Below are positions 1-9,568 of a stretch of DNA of 64,000 bases, one piece after another. The stretch covers positions 96,001 to 160,000 of the forward strand of contig JAHPZH010000004.1 in the NCBI GenBank assembly GCA_019058315.1. Reading direction: 5' to 3'. A program made the translations under genes and the position numbers. Position 1 is the first letter of the stretch. Every line of letters begins with the position of its first letter. The stretch comes from Candidatus Helarchaeota archaeon. GTDB lineage: Archaea > Asgardarchaeota > Lokiarchaeia > Helarchaeales > RDOG01. The notes below the pieces were generated by a model that was not told the origin of the DNA, searched no databases, and saw only the letters and a list, made by a program, of their open reading frames with translations.

Positions 1-2
1 AA

Positions 3-1124
3 TGTATTGATATGGGCTATATGCAATTACAGGTCGCTACAAATGGCATAAGATTAACAAATATAGATTATTTTCAAGAATTAATTGACGCTGGAATGCC
101 AAAAAAGAAAAATAGTATAACTAGAACTGTCGTCTATCTTCAATTTGACGGAATTGAACGTGAAACATACCTTAAAACAAGAGGGGTTGACATTCTCGAT
201 AAAAAATTAAAAGTAGTAGAAAATGCAAGAGAATTAAATTTTCCAAATATAATTTTAACACCAACAATCGCTAAAGGGGTTAATGATCACGAAGTTACAA
301 ATATTCTACAGTTTGCTATTGATAATATCGATGTAGTAAATACAATTATGTATCAACCCATGGCGATGTGCGGGAGATTTGAAAAAGAAAAGCTCCACGA
401 AATGAGAATTACCTCTTCACACTTAGCTAAACAAATATTGGATTATACAGGCGGAAAATATGGGATGGTCTACCCGTTACCTACAATTTCAGAATTTGCA
501 AAAATCATCGCTTGGATGAGCAATGAGGAACCAGTCGAATTTACTTGTTCCGCAGATTGTGGCTTTGCGAACTTTTTATTTGTAGACCCAAACACTAAAA
601 AATTAAAAGGACTCGAAGATTTAATTAATTCAAAAAAATTTCTCGACGTTTGCCATAAATGGTATGAGCGAGTTGAGAGAGAAAAGAAATGGGAACGCGA
701 AGGAAAGAGTGGAAGTGTTCTTGACCAAATAAGAAAACAAATAACTAAATTTAGAATCTTTGGCGAAATCGGCCAATATATTAGACCTCCGAAACTAGAT
801 GCAGAAGATATTTCCCATTGGGGGCATATTGTCAGAAACTTTTGGGATGTTTTAGTCAATACATCATGGGATTCAAGTGCAAATTGGTTAATTGGCGGAA
901 ACGTTCTTCTGGTAGGCTTGATGCACTTCCAAGACTTATATAACTTCGATATTAATAGAGTAAATCGATGCTTAGTTCATTATGGTTACATAGATCCAGC
1001 TACAAACCAAGTTAGACAAATCCCGTTTTGTGCTATGAATGCTGTTCATAGGGAGCGCATTGAAGACGAACTAGAGCAAGCTGATAAAATGGTTCAATAT
1101 ATTCCCGAAGTAAAATCTAATTAA
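3..1124 (+). CDS. Radical SAM protein, tetraether (GDGT) synthase Tes/MJ0619-like, 5'-truncated by window edge
   Basis: Frame open to window start; QVATNG, YLQFDG and C-terminal MHFQDLYNFDINRVNRCLVHY...IPFCAMN motifs typical of the Tes family. Confidence 0.75.
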   Translation, partial: CIDMGYMQLQVATNGIRLTNIDYFQELIDAGMPKKKNSITRTVVYLQFDGIERETYLKTRGVDILDKKLKVVENARELNFPNIILTPTIAKGVNDHEVTNILQFAIDNIDVVNTIMYQPMAMCGRFEKEKLHEMRITSSHLAKQILDYTGGKYGMVYPLPTISEFAKIIAWMSNEEPVEFTCSADCGFANFLFVDPNTKKLKGLEDLINSKKFLDVCHKWYERVEREKKWEREGKSGSVLDQIRKQITKFRIFGEIGQYIRPPKLDAEDISHWGHIVRNFWDVLVNTSWDSSANWLIGGNVLLVGLMHFQDLYNFDINRVNRCLVHYGYIDPATNQVRQIPFCAMNAVHRERIEDELEQADKMVQYIPEVKSN

Positions 1125-1206
1125 AACTAATTCTTAATTCCACATTTTTTTCTAAATCCCCAATAGACTATAATTGATATAACAAAAAAGTGTAAAAAAA
1201 TTGTGT

Positions 1207-1683
1207 TTAAATAAGTTCTAGGGGATTGGATAAAACAAAATACAATGCTATAGGGATTAGTGTTTCTACTGTTGGACTATATTCTTCAAGTTTGACTGGT
1301 GTAATAGGCGCTGTTTCAGTATCAGTCTTTTCTAACTTTCCGTTTATATATATATTTACTGTAATTAGACCACCTCCAATAAAGGATGTGTGTTCAAAAC
1401 TCGTTTTAGCAACTTGTGATCCAGCTATGGTTCCATTGTAATTATAAGTACCAGGTCCTTCCATTTCTGATCCTCCATGTTCGCCTATAGTCCAGTTTCC
1501 TTGCCAATCCCGATTGCATATAACTTCTATGCGCACTTTGACTGGAACTAATGCAAGAGCTGAAATATTGAATAATTGTAAATTTCTCGTTTGATTGTTA
1601 TTATAAGTCATAAATCCTATTGAACCTACGACCGCTGCACCGCCAAGGATTGCTATAAGCAAAATAGCAAATTTCTTTTGCAT
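1207..1683 (-). CDS. Hypothetical exported/membrane-anchored protein
   Basis: N-terminal signal/TM segment, beta-rich middle, hydrophobic C-terminus; GGAG upstream. Confidence 0.6.
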   Translation of the reverse strand: MQKKFAILLIAILGGAAVVGSIGFMTYNNNQTRNLQLFNISALALVPVKVRIEVICNRDWQGNWTIGEHGGSEMEGPGTYNYNGTIAGSQVAKTSFEHTSFIGGGLITVNIYINGKLEKTDTETAPITPVKLEEYSPTVETLIPIALYFVLSNPLELI

Positions 1684-1778
1684 TAATAATTCTCCAATAA
1701 TTTATTTTTTAATGTAAATAATAATTATGGAAATAAAAAACTTGTTAAGGGAAAAAATTGGTAAATAATTTTCTGATT

Positions 1779-2732
1779 TCATAAAATTTTCCATTTTATC
1801 AATCTATTCAATAGAAGTTTTAGAAATTTTTGTTCATCCACTTCTGTACAGACCCTAATTCTCTTTTTTTCAGAGATTTCAGAATCAGGAATAATCGTAA
1901 TTTTTCCTTCTTTTGCAGCGAACATTAATGATAATCCTCTTCCTGTTCTATATTTTTTATCAATTTTAGAAAAATCTCTCTTTTTATAGTTAACACTTAA
2001 TCCCAGATTTACAGATTTAAACAATGATTTATCTAAAAGATATGCTAGTGCAATTGGATCGTGGGGATTAAACCCTTTCCCAATCACCTTACTTAAAGTT
2101 AACCAAGGCTTGATGTGTTTTGTCAAATATTTAGATATTCGTGTATTCGCATTTTTTATTGCTAAATAATGAACATCCTTAAATAAAACTTGTGTTGTAA
2201 CCTCCAAACCAACTAGGGTTGTCTCAATTGGTTGAGAAAATACAATATTTGCTGCAAATCCATCATTTGCTATGTTAAATTCAGTTTTAAGTCCAAACCG
2301 AATCCTAAGTTTCTCTGGAAAGACCAAACCTCCCATAATTAATAATTGCTTTAAATCATCAATTATTTCTGGTTTTTGTTTTATAGCCGAGCCAACATTT
2401 GTTAAAGGGCCTAAAGCAACTAACGTAATTTCATTAGGATTTTCTAAAATATGATTTATTAAGAATTCAGTTGCTTTTGTTTTAATTCCTAACCATTTTT
2501 TATTATATGCACCTTTAAAAACAGGGATTTCTTGACGTTCTGCCACTTTAAGGATGTCCCTTGCTACTAACGTCACTTTTTCTAGAGATGAATTCCCATA
2601 TACTGTTGTAATTCCTTCAACACTTAATTCAGGAGAATTTAAAGCCATAAAAATAGCTAAACCATCGTCTATATCAGATCTTGGTATTGAAATTGCAGGA
2701 TCTGCATCAATTAGAATTCGTTTTGTCTGCAT
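1779..2732 (-). CDS. Inosine-uridine-preferring nucleoside hydrolase
   Basis: DADP...DIDDG N-terminal Asp motif, ALGPLTN, EFN, PHDP. Confidence 0.9.
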   Translation of the reverse strand: MQTKRILIDADPAISIPRSDIDDGLAIFMALNSPELSVEGITTVYGNSSLEKVTLVARDILKVAERQEIPVFKGAYNKKWLGIKTKATEFLINHILENPNEITLVALGPLTNVGSAIKQKPEIIDDLKQLLIMGGLVFPEKLRIRFGLKTEFNIANDGFAANIVFSQPIETTLVGLEVTTQVLFKDVHYLAIKNANTRISKYLTKHIKPWLTLSKVIGKGFNPHDPIALAYLLDKSLFKSVNLGLSVNYKKRDFSKIDKKYRTGRGLSLMFAAKEGKITIIPDSEISEKKRIRVCTEVDEQKFLKLLLNRLIKWKIL

Positions 2733-2829
2733 ATATATCTAACATTAAGAATTAATTGATAATTCATTTATCTTTCTAAAATCAAAAATAATAAAATATT
2801 CTAGAAGATTACTTAATCCAGAATATAAT

Positions 2830-4308
2830 TTAATCTAGGGCATTTATTTTATCATTTATTTTTTGTAGGGTATTTTTATCAAATCTGACAACACCTTCTA
2901 TAATTAAAAATCCAAATTCTGCTGCCCAATCAAAAATTATTTTATGAAATGTCTTCTTATCCATGTCTAATGCATCCCGCATTGTGTCTAATTTTATACT
3001 ATTTGAAACTTGCACTATAATTTTCAATTTTTTAAGTCTATTTATATCATCGGATTTTTTAATAGGTCCTATTCTGGATTTTTCCAGATCTTCTATCTGA
3101 GTCATATTTCTTATTCTCTCTAATTTCCCCCTCATATCAGTTTCTAGCTCTTTATCTACAAATTCTTCTTTAGGTTCCAATATTTCCATTGAAGAAATTA
3201 CTGCTCTAGATTCAATTATAAAGAATATACCAATTAAGTTGCTAAAGGCAATTGTTAAAATAAAATTTAATATAGATATGGTAAATATGGAAGGAGAACG
3301 AGAACTTATAAAAATAATTGGTGTATAATAGTAACGATAAGTAAAAATCCTTGAAATATTTATTATTATAATAGATATTGTTCCATATATTGAATTGAAA
3401 ATTCCTGAGATAAGAGTGAAAGTTGGATATCTTGTTTCGTCTTTTATTTTTATTAAACCTATACCAGTTAATATATAAAATGTATAAAGTAGATAATAGG
3501 GGAAATAGAGAATAGCAGGAAAAATAGCACTAATGGAAACCCCAGAAATAAAAGAAATTATGAATGCCACATTAGCAAGATTACTTCTATAAAATTTATG
3601 ATATTCACGAACTCCATATCCCATTAAACATATAGAAATGCCTGTTAAAACAAATATTGGTAAAATAAAAATTGTAGAATAGCTATAGTGAAAGTGCCTA
3701 TAAAATATTGGTAAAATAAATGTTATTAGAGTAAAAAAATAATAAAGAAAATTTCCTACTCCTCCTAATGTTAAAAATTTTCGAGATATTCCCTCTCTTC
3801 TTTTTATTTCCCCTAATTGACTTCTCCTAGCATATAAAATTGAATTGAATATGATTCCTTGGATTGTCGTAATAATATTTATTATGGTAAATACCAAAAT
3901 CCAAGATGGTATGGTCGGTTGTAAAATATAAAGAATAAAATAAAGATGTTTAAAAGGTGTCATATTTGCAATAATGTACAGAATAAGATAAATTTCCTTC
4001 AAATGGTTCATCTGACCATAATTAGAAGCTATTAAGGGAGAAAAAATAAAACTTAGAACCCAGGTTGGTATAGCTAATCCAAATCCAATATTTATACAAT
4101 CAGGTCTATTTTCAGCTGTTCCTATTAGATACATAATTATAGATGGAATAGAAAGACCAAAAAAAATGGAGAATAAAACAACTAAAAATATTCCAGTATA
4201 TGGAGGTATTTCTATTGTTAATAACCCAGTAAATAAGATTATTGGAATAATTATTAAAATAATTAATATAATGCTTATATATAATGAAACTTTATCATTA
4301 GTTCCCAT
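2830..4308 (-). CDS. Multi-pass membrane protein with C-terminal winged-helix/PCI-like cytoplasmic domain
   Basis: About 10 hydrophobic segments followed by KLKIIVQVSNSIKLDTMRDALDM...FDWAAEFGF; GAGG RBS. Confidence 0.65.
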   Translation of the reverse strand: MGTNDKVSLYISIILIILIIIPIILFTGLLTIEIPPYTGIFLVVLFSIFFGLSIPSIIMYLIGTAENRPDCINIGFGLAIPTWVLSFIFSPLIASNYGQMNHLKEIYLILYIIANMTPFKHLYFILYILQPTIPSWILVFTIINIITTIQGIIFNSILYARRSQLGEIKRREGISRKFLTLGGVGNFLYYFFTLITFILPIFYRHFHYSYSTIFILPIFVLTGISICLMGYGVREYHKFYRSNLANVAFIISFISGVSISAIFPAILYFPYYLLYTFYILTGIGLIKIKDETRYPTFTLISGIFNSIYGTISIIIINISRIFTYRYYYTPIIFISSRSPSIFTISILNFILTIAFSNLIGIFFIIESRAVISSMEILEPKEEFVDKELETDMRGKLERIRNMTQIEDLEKSRIGPIKKSDDINRLKKLKIIVQVSNSIKLDTMRDALDMDKKTFHKIIFDWAAEFGFLIIEGVVRFDKNTLQKINDKINALD

Positions 4309-4403
4309 TTAACCTCATCCTAGAAACTAATCTATTTTAATTGATATATAATGTGTAATTCTTTTAATTTATAAGGATTATGAAAGACTCACATTTTATT
4401 AGG

Positions 4404-4560
4404 TTATTTAAATTCATCCAATATCTTTGTTATTAAAATTCCTAATTCTTCTTCTGAAAGTTGTCCAATTCGCAAGTCCAGTAAATATTTTGGCAATCCT
4501 AAGCTATGTACCAGCACCATACTTTGTTTTTTCTCCATTTTTTCCCCTATCTTATTATGT
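4404..4560 (-). repeat. Diverged direct copy of the 3' end of the 5642-7366 gene (matches about 5642-5795); contains intact 44-aa ORF 4404-4538
   Basis: Collinear nucleotide match, e.g. gaaagttgtccaattcg and caccatactttgtttttt in both copies; translation MEKKQSMVLVHSLGLPKYLLDLRIGQLSEEEL vs MTKKQSMVLVRGLGLPNYLLDLRIGQLSKDEL. Confidence 0.9.
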
Positions 4561-5617
4561 TGAAAGTTGAAAGTGTTTTATCCAAATTTTCCCAATTTTT
4601 TGTTAATTTCTTCAATAATTTACTAATACGTTTAAGATATATATCACTTAAAGATTGTGTCTTATCTGTATGGGAAAGAATTGAATTAGCTGCCTCTATA
4701 CCACTAATAAACGCAGCAGGGATTCCTTCACCAAAAATATTCATTAAACCTGCGGCCTCACCAACAAGGAGAATATTATTTTTACCAAATTTAAATCCTG
4801 GTTTAAAATCCTTTTTCAATATATTTGGTTCCATACAACCTTCTTTTCTAATTTTCTCTTCTATTCTTAATCCATACCCCTCTTCTAAATATTCAATAAA
4901 CTTTGCATGAAATTTTTGTATATCTTTTCCTTTAAAAGCTCCTACACCAATAATAATTTGACCATTTTTTTGATTTGACCATGCATAACCATCCGAGAGT
5001 CTCTTATCCAGAAAAGCATAAAAATATCTGGGATCTAAATCAATTTTTCCTTTATAATATTCTTGAAAAATCGCTACATACTCTAATTTAAAATCTGGAT
5101 AAAGAATTTTTCGAACAAAACTTGTTCCTCCATCTGCACCGATCAAATAGTCAGCATTTACATTTATAATTTTATTTTGATTTGTAATTTCATCCTTTAT
5201 TTTCATTTCTATAATTAATTTATCTTGTTTAGAAGAAAAATTTTGAAATTCTGTATTAGACCAGACTTCTGCTCCAGCTTCACTTGCTTTTAATACAAGC
5301 CAATAATCAAAATCTCTCCTTAATACGTTATAAAATCTATCAGGGACTTTTATAAATTCAGAATTCATATTTAATTGAATCTGAACTCCTTTCCCTAATC
5401 TTGGTCTGACGCAGACAGCCTTAGGAATTGGCATGGATTCCTTCTTAAGAATATTTTGAGCTTCTTTAGAAACAAGTCCACTACAGATTTTATGTCGTGG
5501 GAGAGATTTTTTCTCAATTAATAAAACATTTTTTTCAGCATCTGCTAATTTTTTTGCAGCAATAGCTCCCGCAGGTCCACTACCCACTATTATTACATCA
5601 AAGGATTTTTCTTTCAT
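4547..5617 (-). CDS. Geranylgeranyl reductase-family FAD-dependent oxidoreductase
   Basis: VGSGPAG, RHKICSG, GADG, YAW, LVGEAAG, GEGI. Confidence 0.88.
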   Translation of the reverse strand: MKEKSFDVIIVGSGPAGAIAAKKLADAEKNVLLIEKKSLPRHKICSGLVSKEAQNILKKESMPIPKAVCVRPRLGKGVQIQLNMNSEFIKVPDRFYNVLRRDFDYWLVLKASEAGAEVWSNTEFQNFSSKQDKLIIEMKIKDEITNQNKIINVNADYLIGADGGTSFVRKILYPDFKLEYVAIFQEYYKGKIDLDPRYFYAFLDKRLSDGYAWSNQKNGQIIIGVGAFKGKDIQKFHAKFIEYLEEGYGLRIEEKIRKEGCMEPNILKKDFKPGFKFGKNNILLVGEAAGLMNIFGEGIPAAFISGIEAANSILSHTDKTQSLSDIYLKRISKLLKKLTKNWENLDKTLSTFNIIR

Positions 5618-5641
5618 AAAATTTCACAGTTGAATAGTATA

Positions 5642-7366
5642 TTAAAATTCATCCATTATCTTATTTATTAAAATTTCTAATTCGTCTTTTGAAAGTTGTC
5701 CAATTCGTAAATCCAGTAAATAGTTTGGTAATCCCAAGCCACGTACCAACACCATACTTTGTTTTTTAGTCATTTTTTCCCCCATCTTATTATGATATAT
5801 TATAAAACTTTCTTTTAAAGCATTGCTTACTTTTTTTGTTCCTTGTTCCAATGTTTCTCTTAATATATATCTACTAGGTTCTAGGTCAAGTAATAATTCC
5901 TTGAGTATAGGTGTCACTCTATAAAGATAGCTGATTTGAGAAAAACGAGGTTCATAAGCTTCTGGAGGAATTTCTGCAATCATATTCCATTTCCAAAATA
6001 TTTCTAGCAGAATTTTTGTAATTAATGAAATAGTGACGGTAATGGATTTTAAATCAATATCTTTAAAACGAATCGGAAGTGCTATATAAACACTTTTACA
6101 CTCCTTAATTTGTATCCAATCAATTATTGCATCTAAATTAAAAATGGGAGATTCAACGACTAATTTTTCATAAATTAATTGTTCAGAAGTGCCCAGCTCG
6201 ATATTTTTAACAACAATTCCCTTTTTCATAATTTGATTTTGCAATGGTCCAAATGTAGGGTTAATAAAGCCAATGAATTTGGGAGATCCTACTAAAAGCT
6301 CACGTATAAGTATATTTATTGGCTTCTCTTGGATTAATTTATGCCTTATTGAAGGACTTAATAATTGAGTAAGATCTTCTTTTTCTGTATAACCCGAATA
6401 TATAGATCCAATCATTTCAATAGGACGCTTGATATGGTATTTCACAGGAATTAATTTAAAAAGATGAGAAGTTGAGCCAATGGACTGAGCCTTTAGATAA
6501 ACATTAAAATTTTCCAAAATAGTCCTTGCAACTAATCCTAGTTCATTTAAAAGTTCTTGAAATTGAGTTCCTATAAATAAATCATTTGGACTGTAACCAA
6601 AACAAGAATAGATTATTCCATTAGTAGTTAATGCGTTTATTGCATGTGTAAGAAAAAGCTTAGCACCATTTATTGTAAAAGGTGGATCGGTAAAAACTAC
6701 ATCAAATGAAGATAGTAATTCGCTAGGAAATCCCAATCTTAAATCTTGATGGTGAGTTTTGATTTGAAATGAATGTTCATCAGCAATATTTTGAATTAGA
6801 GACAGTAATTGATCATCGATATCTACTACATGGATTTCTTTAGGACCTCCTTTTTTTGCAGCAGCTAATGAAGTCATATCATAATCTCCTAGGAAAAGGA
6901 TTTTTGAGTTGCTTAAGGCATTCTCTCTTTCTAAAAATAAAACTCTACGTAATAAAGTATTTATCGTCGCATTAAATTGATCTAAAGAACGTTTTGGAGG
7001 AGATCTTTTAATCAAAATATTTTTAAGAAAAAGGGAAATTTCCTCTATTTCTTTTGTATAGTCTCCTAAATTAATCCAGTCAAATTTTTTCAAATCACTC
7101 AATTTAAAGTTATTTAAGAATTTTTGAAATACATCTTTACCTTCTTTTGTAACTTTGATATATTCTGATGGGCTTAAAAGAAATATTTGAAGTGGTTTAA
7201 GGATTTTTATTATTATAGACTTAGGAAGCCTGCTCATTTGGATAAGTTTATTCATTGTTAATTCATAAGAAGATAATATTATGGTTATTATATCTTTGAA
7301 ATAACTTATTTGAACATCTGACTTGTTGATTAAATCAAGGAGATTATTTAAAGTAGGCTCAGCCAA
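5642..7366 (-). CDS. Branched-chain polyamine synthase (BpsA/DUF43)-like protein fused to a degenerate KsgA/Dim1-like C-terminal region
   Basis: LDQF..T, LGDYDMTSLA, VVDID, DLR, FTDPPFT motifs; C-terminal IPPEAYEP...LLDLRIGQLSKDEL resembles KsgA. Confidence 0.7.
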   Translation of the reverse strand: MAEPTLNNLLDLINKSDVQISYFKDIITIILSSYELTMNKLIQMSRLPKSIIIKILKPLQIFLLSPSEYIKVTKEGKDVFQKFLNNFKLSDLKKFDWINLGDYTKEIEEISLFLKNILIKRSPPKRSLDQFNATINTLLRRVLFLERENALSNSKILFLGDYDMTSLAAAKKGGPKEIHVVDIDDQLLSLIQNIADEHSFQIKTHHQDLRLGFPSELLSSFDVVFTDPPFTINGAKLFLTHAINALTTNGIIYSCFGYSPNDLFIGTQFQELLNELGLVARTILENFNVYLKAQSIGSTSHLFKLIPVKYHIKRPIEMIGSIYSGYTEKEDLTQLLSPSIRHKLIQEKPINILIRELLVGSPKFIGFINPTFGPLQNQIMKKGIVVKNIELGTSEQLIYEKLVVESPIFNLDAIIDWIQIKECKSVYIALPIRFKDIDLKSITVTISLITKILLEIFWKWNMIAEIPPEAYEPRFSQISYLYRVTPILKELLLDLEPSRYILRETLEQGTKKVSNALKESFIIYHNKMGEKMTKKQSMVLVRGLGLPNYLLDLRIGQLSKDELEILINKIMDEF

Positions 7367-7432
7367 ATTTTTTACCTTTCATTTGATAATTAAATAGTTT
7401 TTAATTAATAATTATATTTAAATAATAAATTT

Positions 7433-8155
7433 TTATTTGTTTGATAAATTTTCTAATGCTAGCGGAACAGATTCCTCTATTTCTTGTTTAGTGACCATCC
7501 CTATTGCTACTGCTGATATATTGTGTTCTTTTATATATTCATAAGCCTCTTTAGGATTAAGTCGTCCAGCAGCTAAAGTTTTCATACCAACGAAAAATCT
7601 ATCCGATTTATCTACGATACTTTCCAAAAGTTGCTGATCTTCCATAAACAAACCTGATTTATTAAATGGTACTAAAATCGCTGGGCAATCAAGATCCGAT
7701 TTCTCTATAAATGGTATTGTCTTAGTGGGTTCATGGGTTGCAATTCCTGGAGTTCTATTATACTCCCTAATTTTTTGAATAATCAATTTTAGTTTTTCCT
7801 CTTTCCTCTTATCAGCAATAGCACCATGGATAAAAATAATTTCAGCTCCATAATTATTTAATTCTTCAATTCTATATGGTTTAAACCAATATGTGCTCCC
7901 TAAAACCGTAAACTCTGGAAATTTATCTCTTACAGGTTTTATTGCTTCTGCAACGCGTCCAATGGGAACTAATTCAATTCCCATTCCACCTTTTTCAGCG
8001 GTTGCTATCAAGAGTTCTAGAACATTTTCTGGATTATTTGCGAATTTCTGACGCCATAACAATCCTTTTGGTCCAAATTGTCCTGCCCCCATGAAAGGTG
8101 AGGTTCCAATGGTAACAATTGGAATTTTTTTTCCTTCTAGCTTTGTAAATGACAT
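7433..8155 (-). CDS. Conserved archaeal TIM-barrel protein, aldo/keto reductase-like
   Basis: GTSPF.GAGQFG, PGIATH, LVPFN..G, MKTLAAG. Confidence 0.65.
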   Translation of the reverse strand: MSFTKLEGKKIPIVTIGTSPFMGAGQFGPKGLLWRQKFANNPENVLELLIATAEKGGMGIELVPIGRVAEAIKPVRDKFPEFTVLGSTYWFKPYRIEELNNYGAEIIFIHGAIADKRKEEKLKLIIQKIREYNRTPGIATHEPTKTIPFIEKSDLDCPAILVPFNKSGLFMEDQQLLESIVDKSDRFFVGMKTLAAGRLNPKEAYEYIKEHNISAVAIGMVTKQEIEESVPLALENLSNK

Positions 8156-8281
8156 TTATTCACCATATTTATCAATAACAATAATGCTAATGAATATTTA
8201 GAATAGAAATTTTTAAATTATGACCTAAAGAATTTTTGAATTAAAGAAAAATTTAAATCAAAATAGAATAAAATTTTCTTA

Positions 8282-9469
8282 ATGCCTATAAGTTCTCATC
8301 AAGATGTTAAAAAAAGAATAGAAAAATCAATTCTTTACCGTGATTTTACCAAAAAGGAAAAAATATATCTATTTTTTTCTGGTTTAGGGTCACGAGCATT
8401 TTATTTACTCCTTACATTCCTTATTTTTGCGAATAACTATGATTTAGTTGATATGGTAGAAAAAGTTGCAATAGGAATCAATTTTTTTATATCTGGTCAA
8501 AATCCTTATGGACAGTGGTATTTTCTACACGCAGGTTTAAGTGGTTTAAACTCGTGGTGGTATATTGACTTCTTTTATCAATATCCTCCTTTATCTTTCA
8601 TTGCTTATCTGCCAACATTAATATATCCTAATAGTATGTATCCTATGGATTTTCGTCCATCCTTTTTCATTATGAATTTATGTATTGATGCCTATGTTTA
8701 TTACAGGATGGTTAAGTATGGAATACGGTGGCCTGCTGTAATTTTTTGGTTCAATCCACTTTTTGGCATGCTCCTGGATTTCAGTAATATAATTTCTCTT
8801 CCACTGCTCTTTTTAACATTAGGATTGATAAATCAAGATAAACCTAAAAAAAACGCATTATATCTTGGACTTGCAACTCTTTCATATACTTATTCAATAA
8901 TAGTTCTTGCTTTTTTCTTCTTTCATTACCTAGATAAAGAAAATATTAAACAATTTTTCATAGGGTTGTTATTTCCCCTCGGAATTTTTGCTGTATTTTT
9001 GATGTGGGGTCCTATGACCTTTATTTCTGATCTCTTTTTCTCACAATTTGGTCATCCCCCATATTCCTTTGAAAACACTCCCTATGCTATTCCCGTGCTT
9101 CATATAGCGTCTATCCCTACATATTTTTACACTTTTATAAAACCCTATAGTCCAGTTATCTATTTAAGAAGTTTAGGTTTAATCCCATGGATTAATGGAT
9201 ATTCGGGGATTTGGTGGGGTGGTCCGATTATAACATCCTATCTGTACATAGGAATTTTTGTAATTTCACTTTATTTTATATATAGTTACTTTAAATATCA
9301 CCAAAAAGATATGTTTTATACGATTGGTTATCCATTCTTAATACTTGCACTCCTAGTAATCTCTACACCAGGGGGGTATGGTCATTATTCCGTTATACCA
9401 CTAGCAGTTTCAATTTTTGGTTGGCGTTGGAAAGAAAAACGAGAAAAAAATAAGAAAGAAGAAATTTAA
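8282..9469 (+). CDS. GT-C-like (GT87-like) integral membrane protein, copy 1
   Basis: Multi-TM; GQNPY and YQYPPL loop motifs. Confidence 0.65.
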   Translation: MPISSHQDVKKRIEKSILYRDFTKKEKIYLFFSGLGSRAFYLLLTFLIFANNYDLVDMVEKVAIGINFFISGQNPYGQWYFLHAGLSGLNSWWYIDFFYQYPPLSFIAYLPTLIYPNSMYPMDFRPSFFIMNLCIDAYVYYRMVKYGIRWPAVIFWFNPLFGMLLDFSNIISLPLLFLTLGLINQDKPKKNALYLGLATLSYTYSIIVLAFFFFHYLDKENIKQFFIGLLFPLGIFAVFLMWGPMTFISDLFFSQFGHPPYSFENTPYAIPVLHIASIPTYFYTFIKPYSPVIYLRSLGLIPWINGYSGIWWGGPIITSYLYIGIFVISLYFIYSYFKYHQKDMFYTIGYPFLILALLVISTPGGYGHYSVIPLAVSIFGWRWKEKREKNKKEEI

Positions 9470-9568
9470 GCTTTCAAAAGCTAGATATTTTTTTGTAAAT
9501 TAAAAAAAGTCTATTTGCTCAAATTTAAACAAAACATTTTTTAGAACTTAAAATTTCTATGTTAGTCT

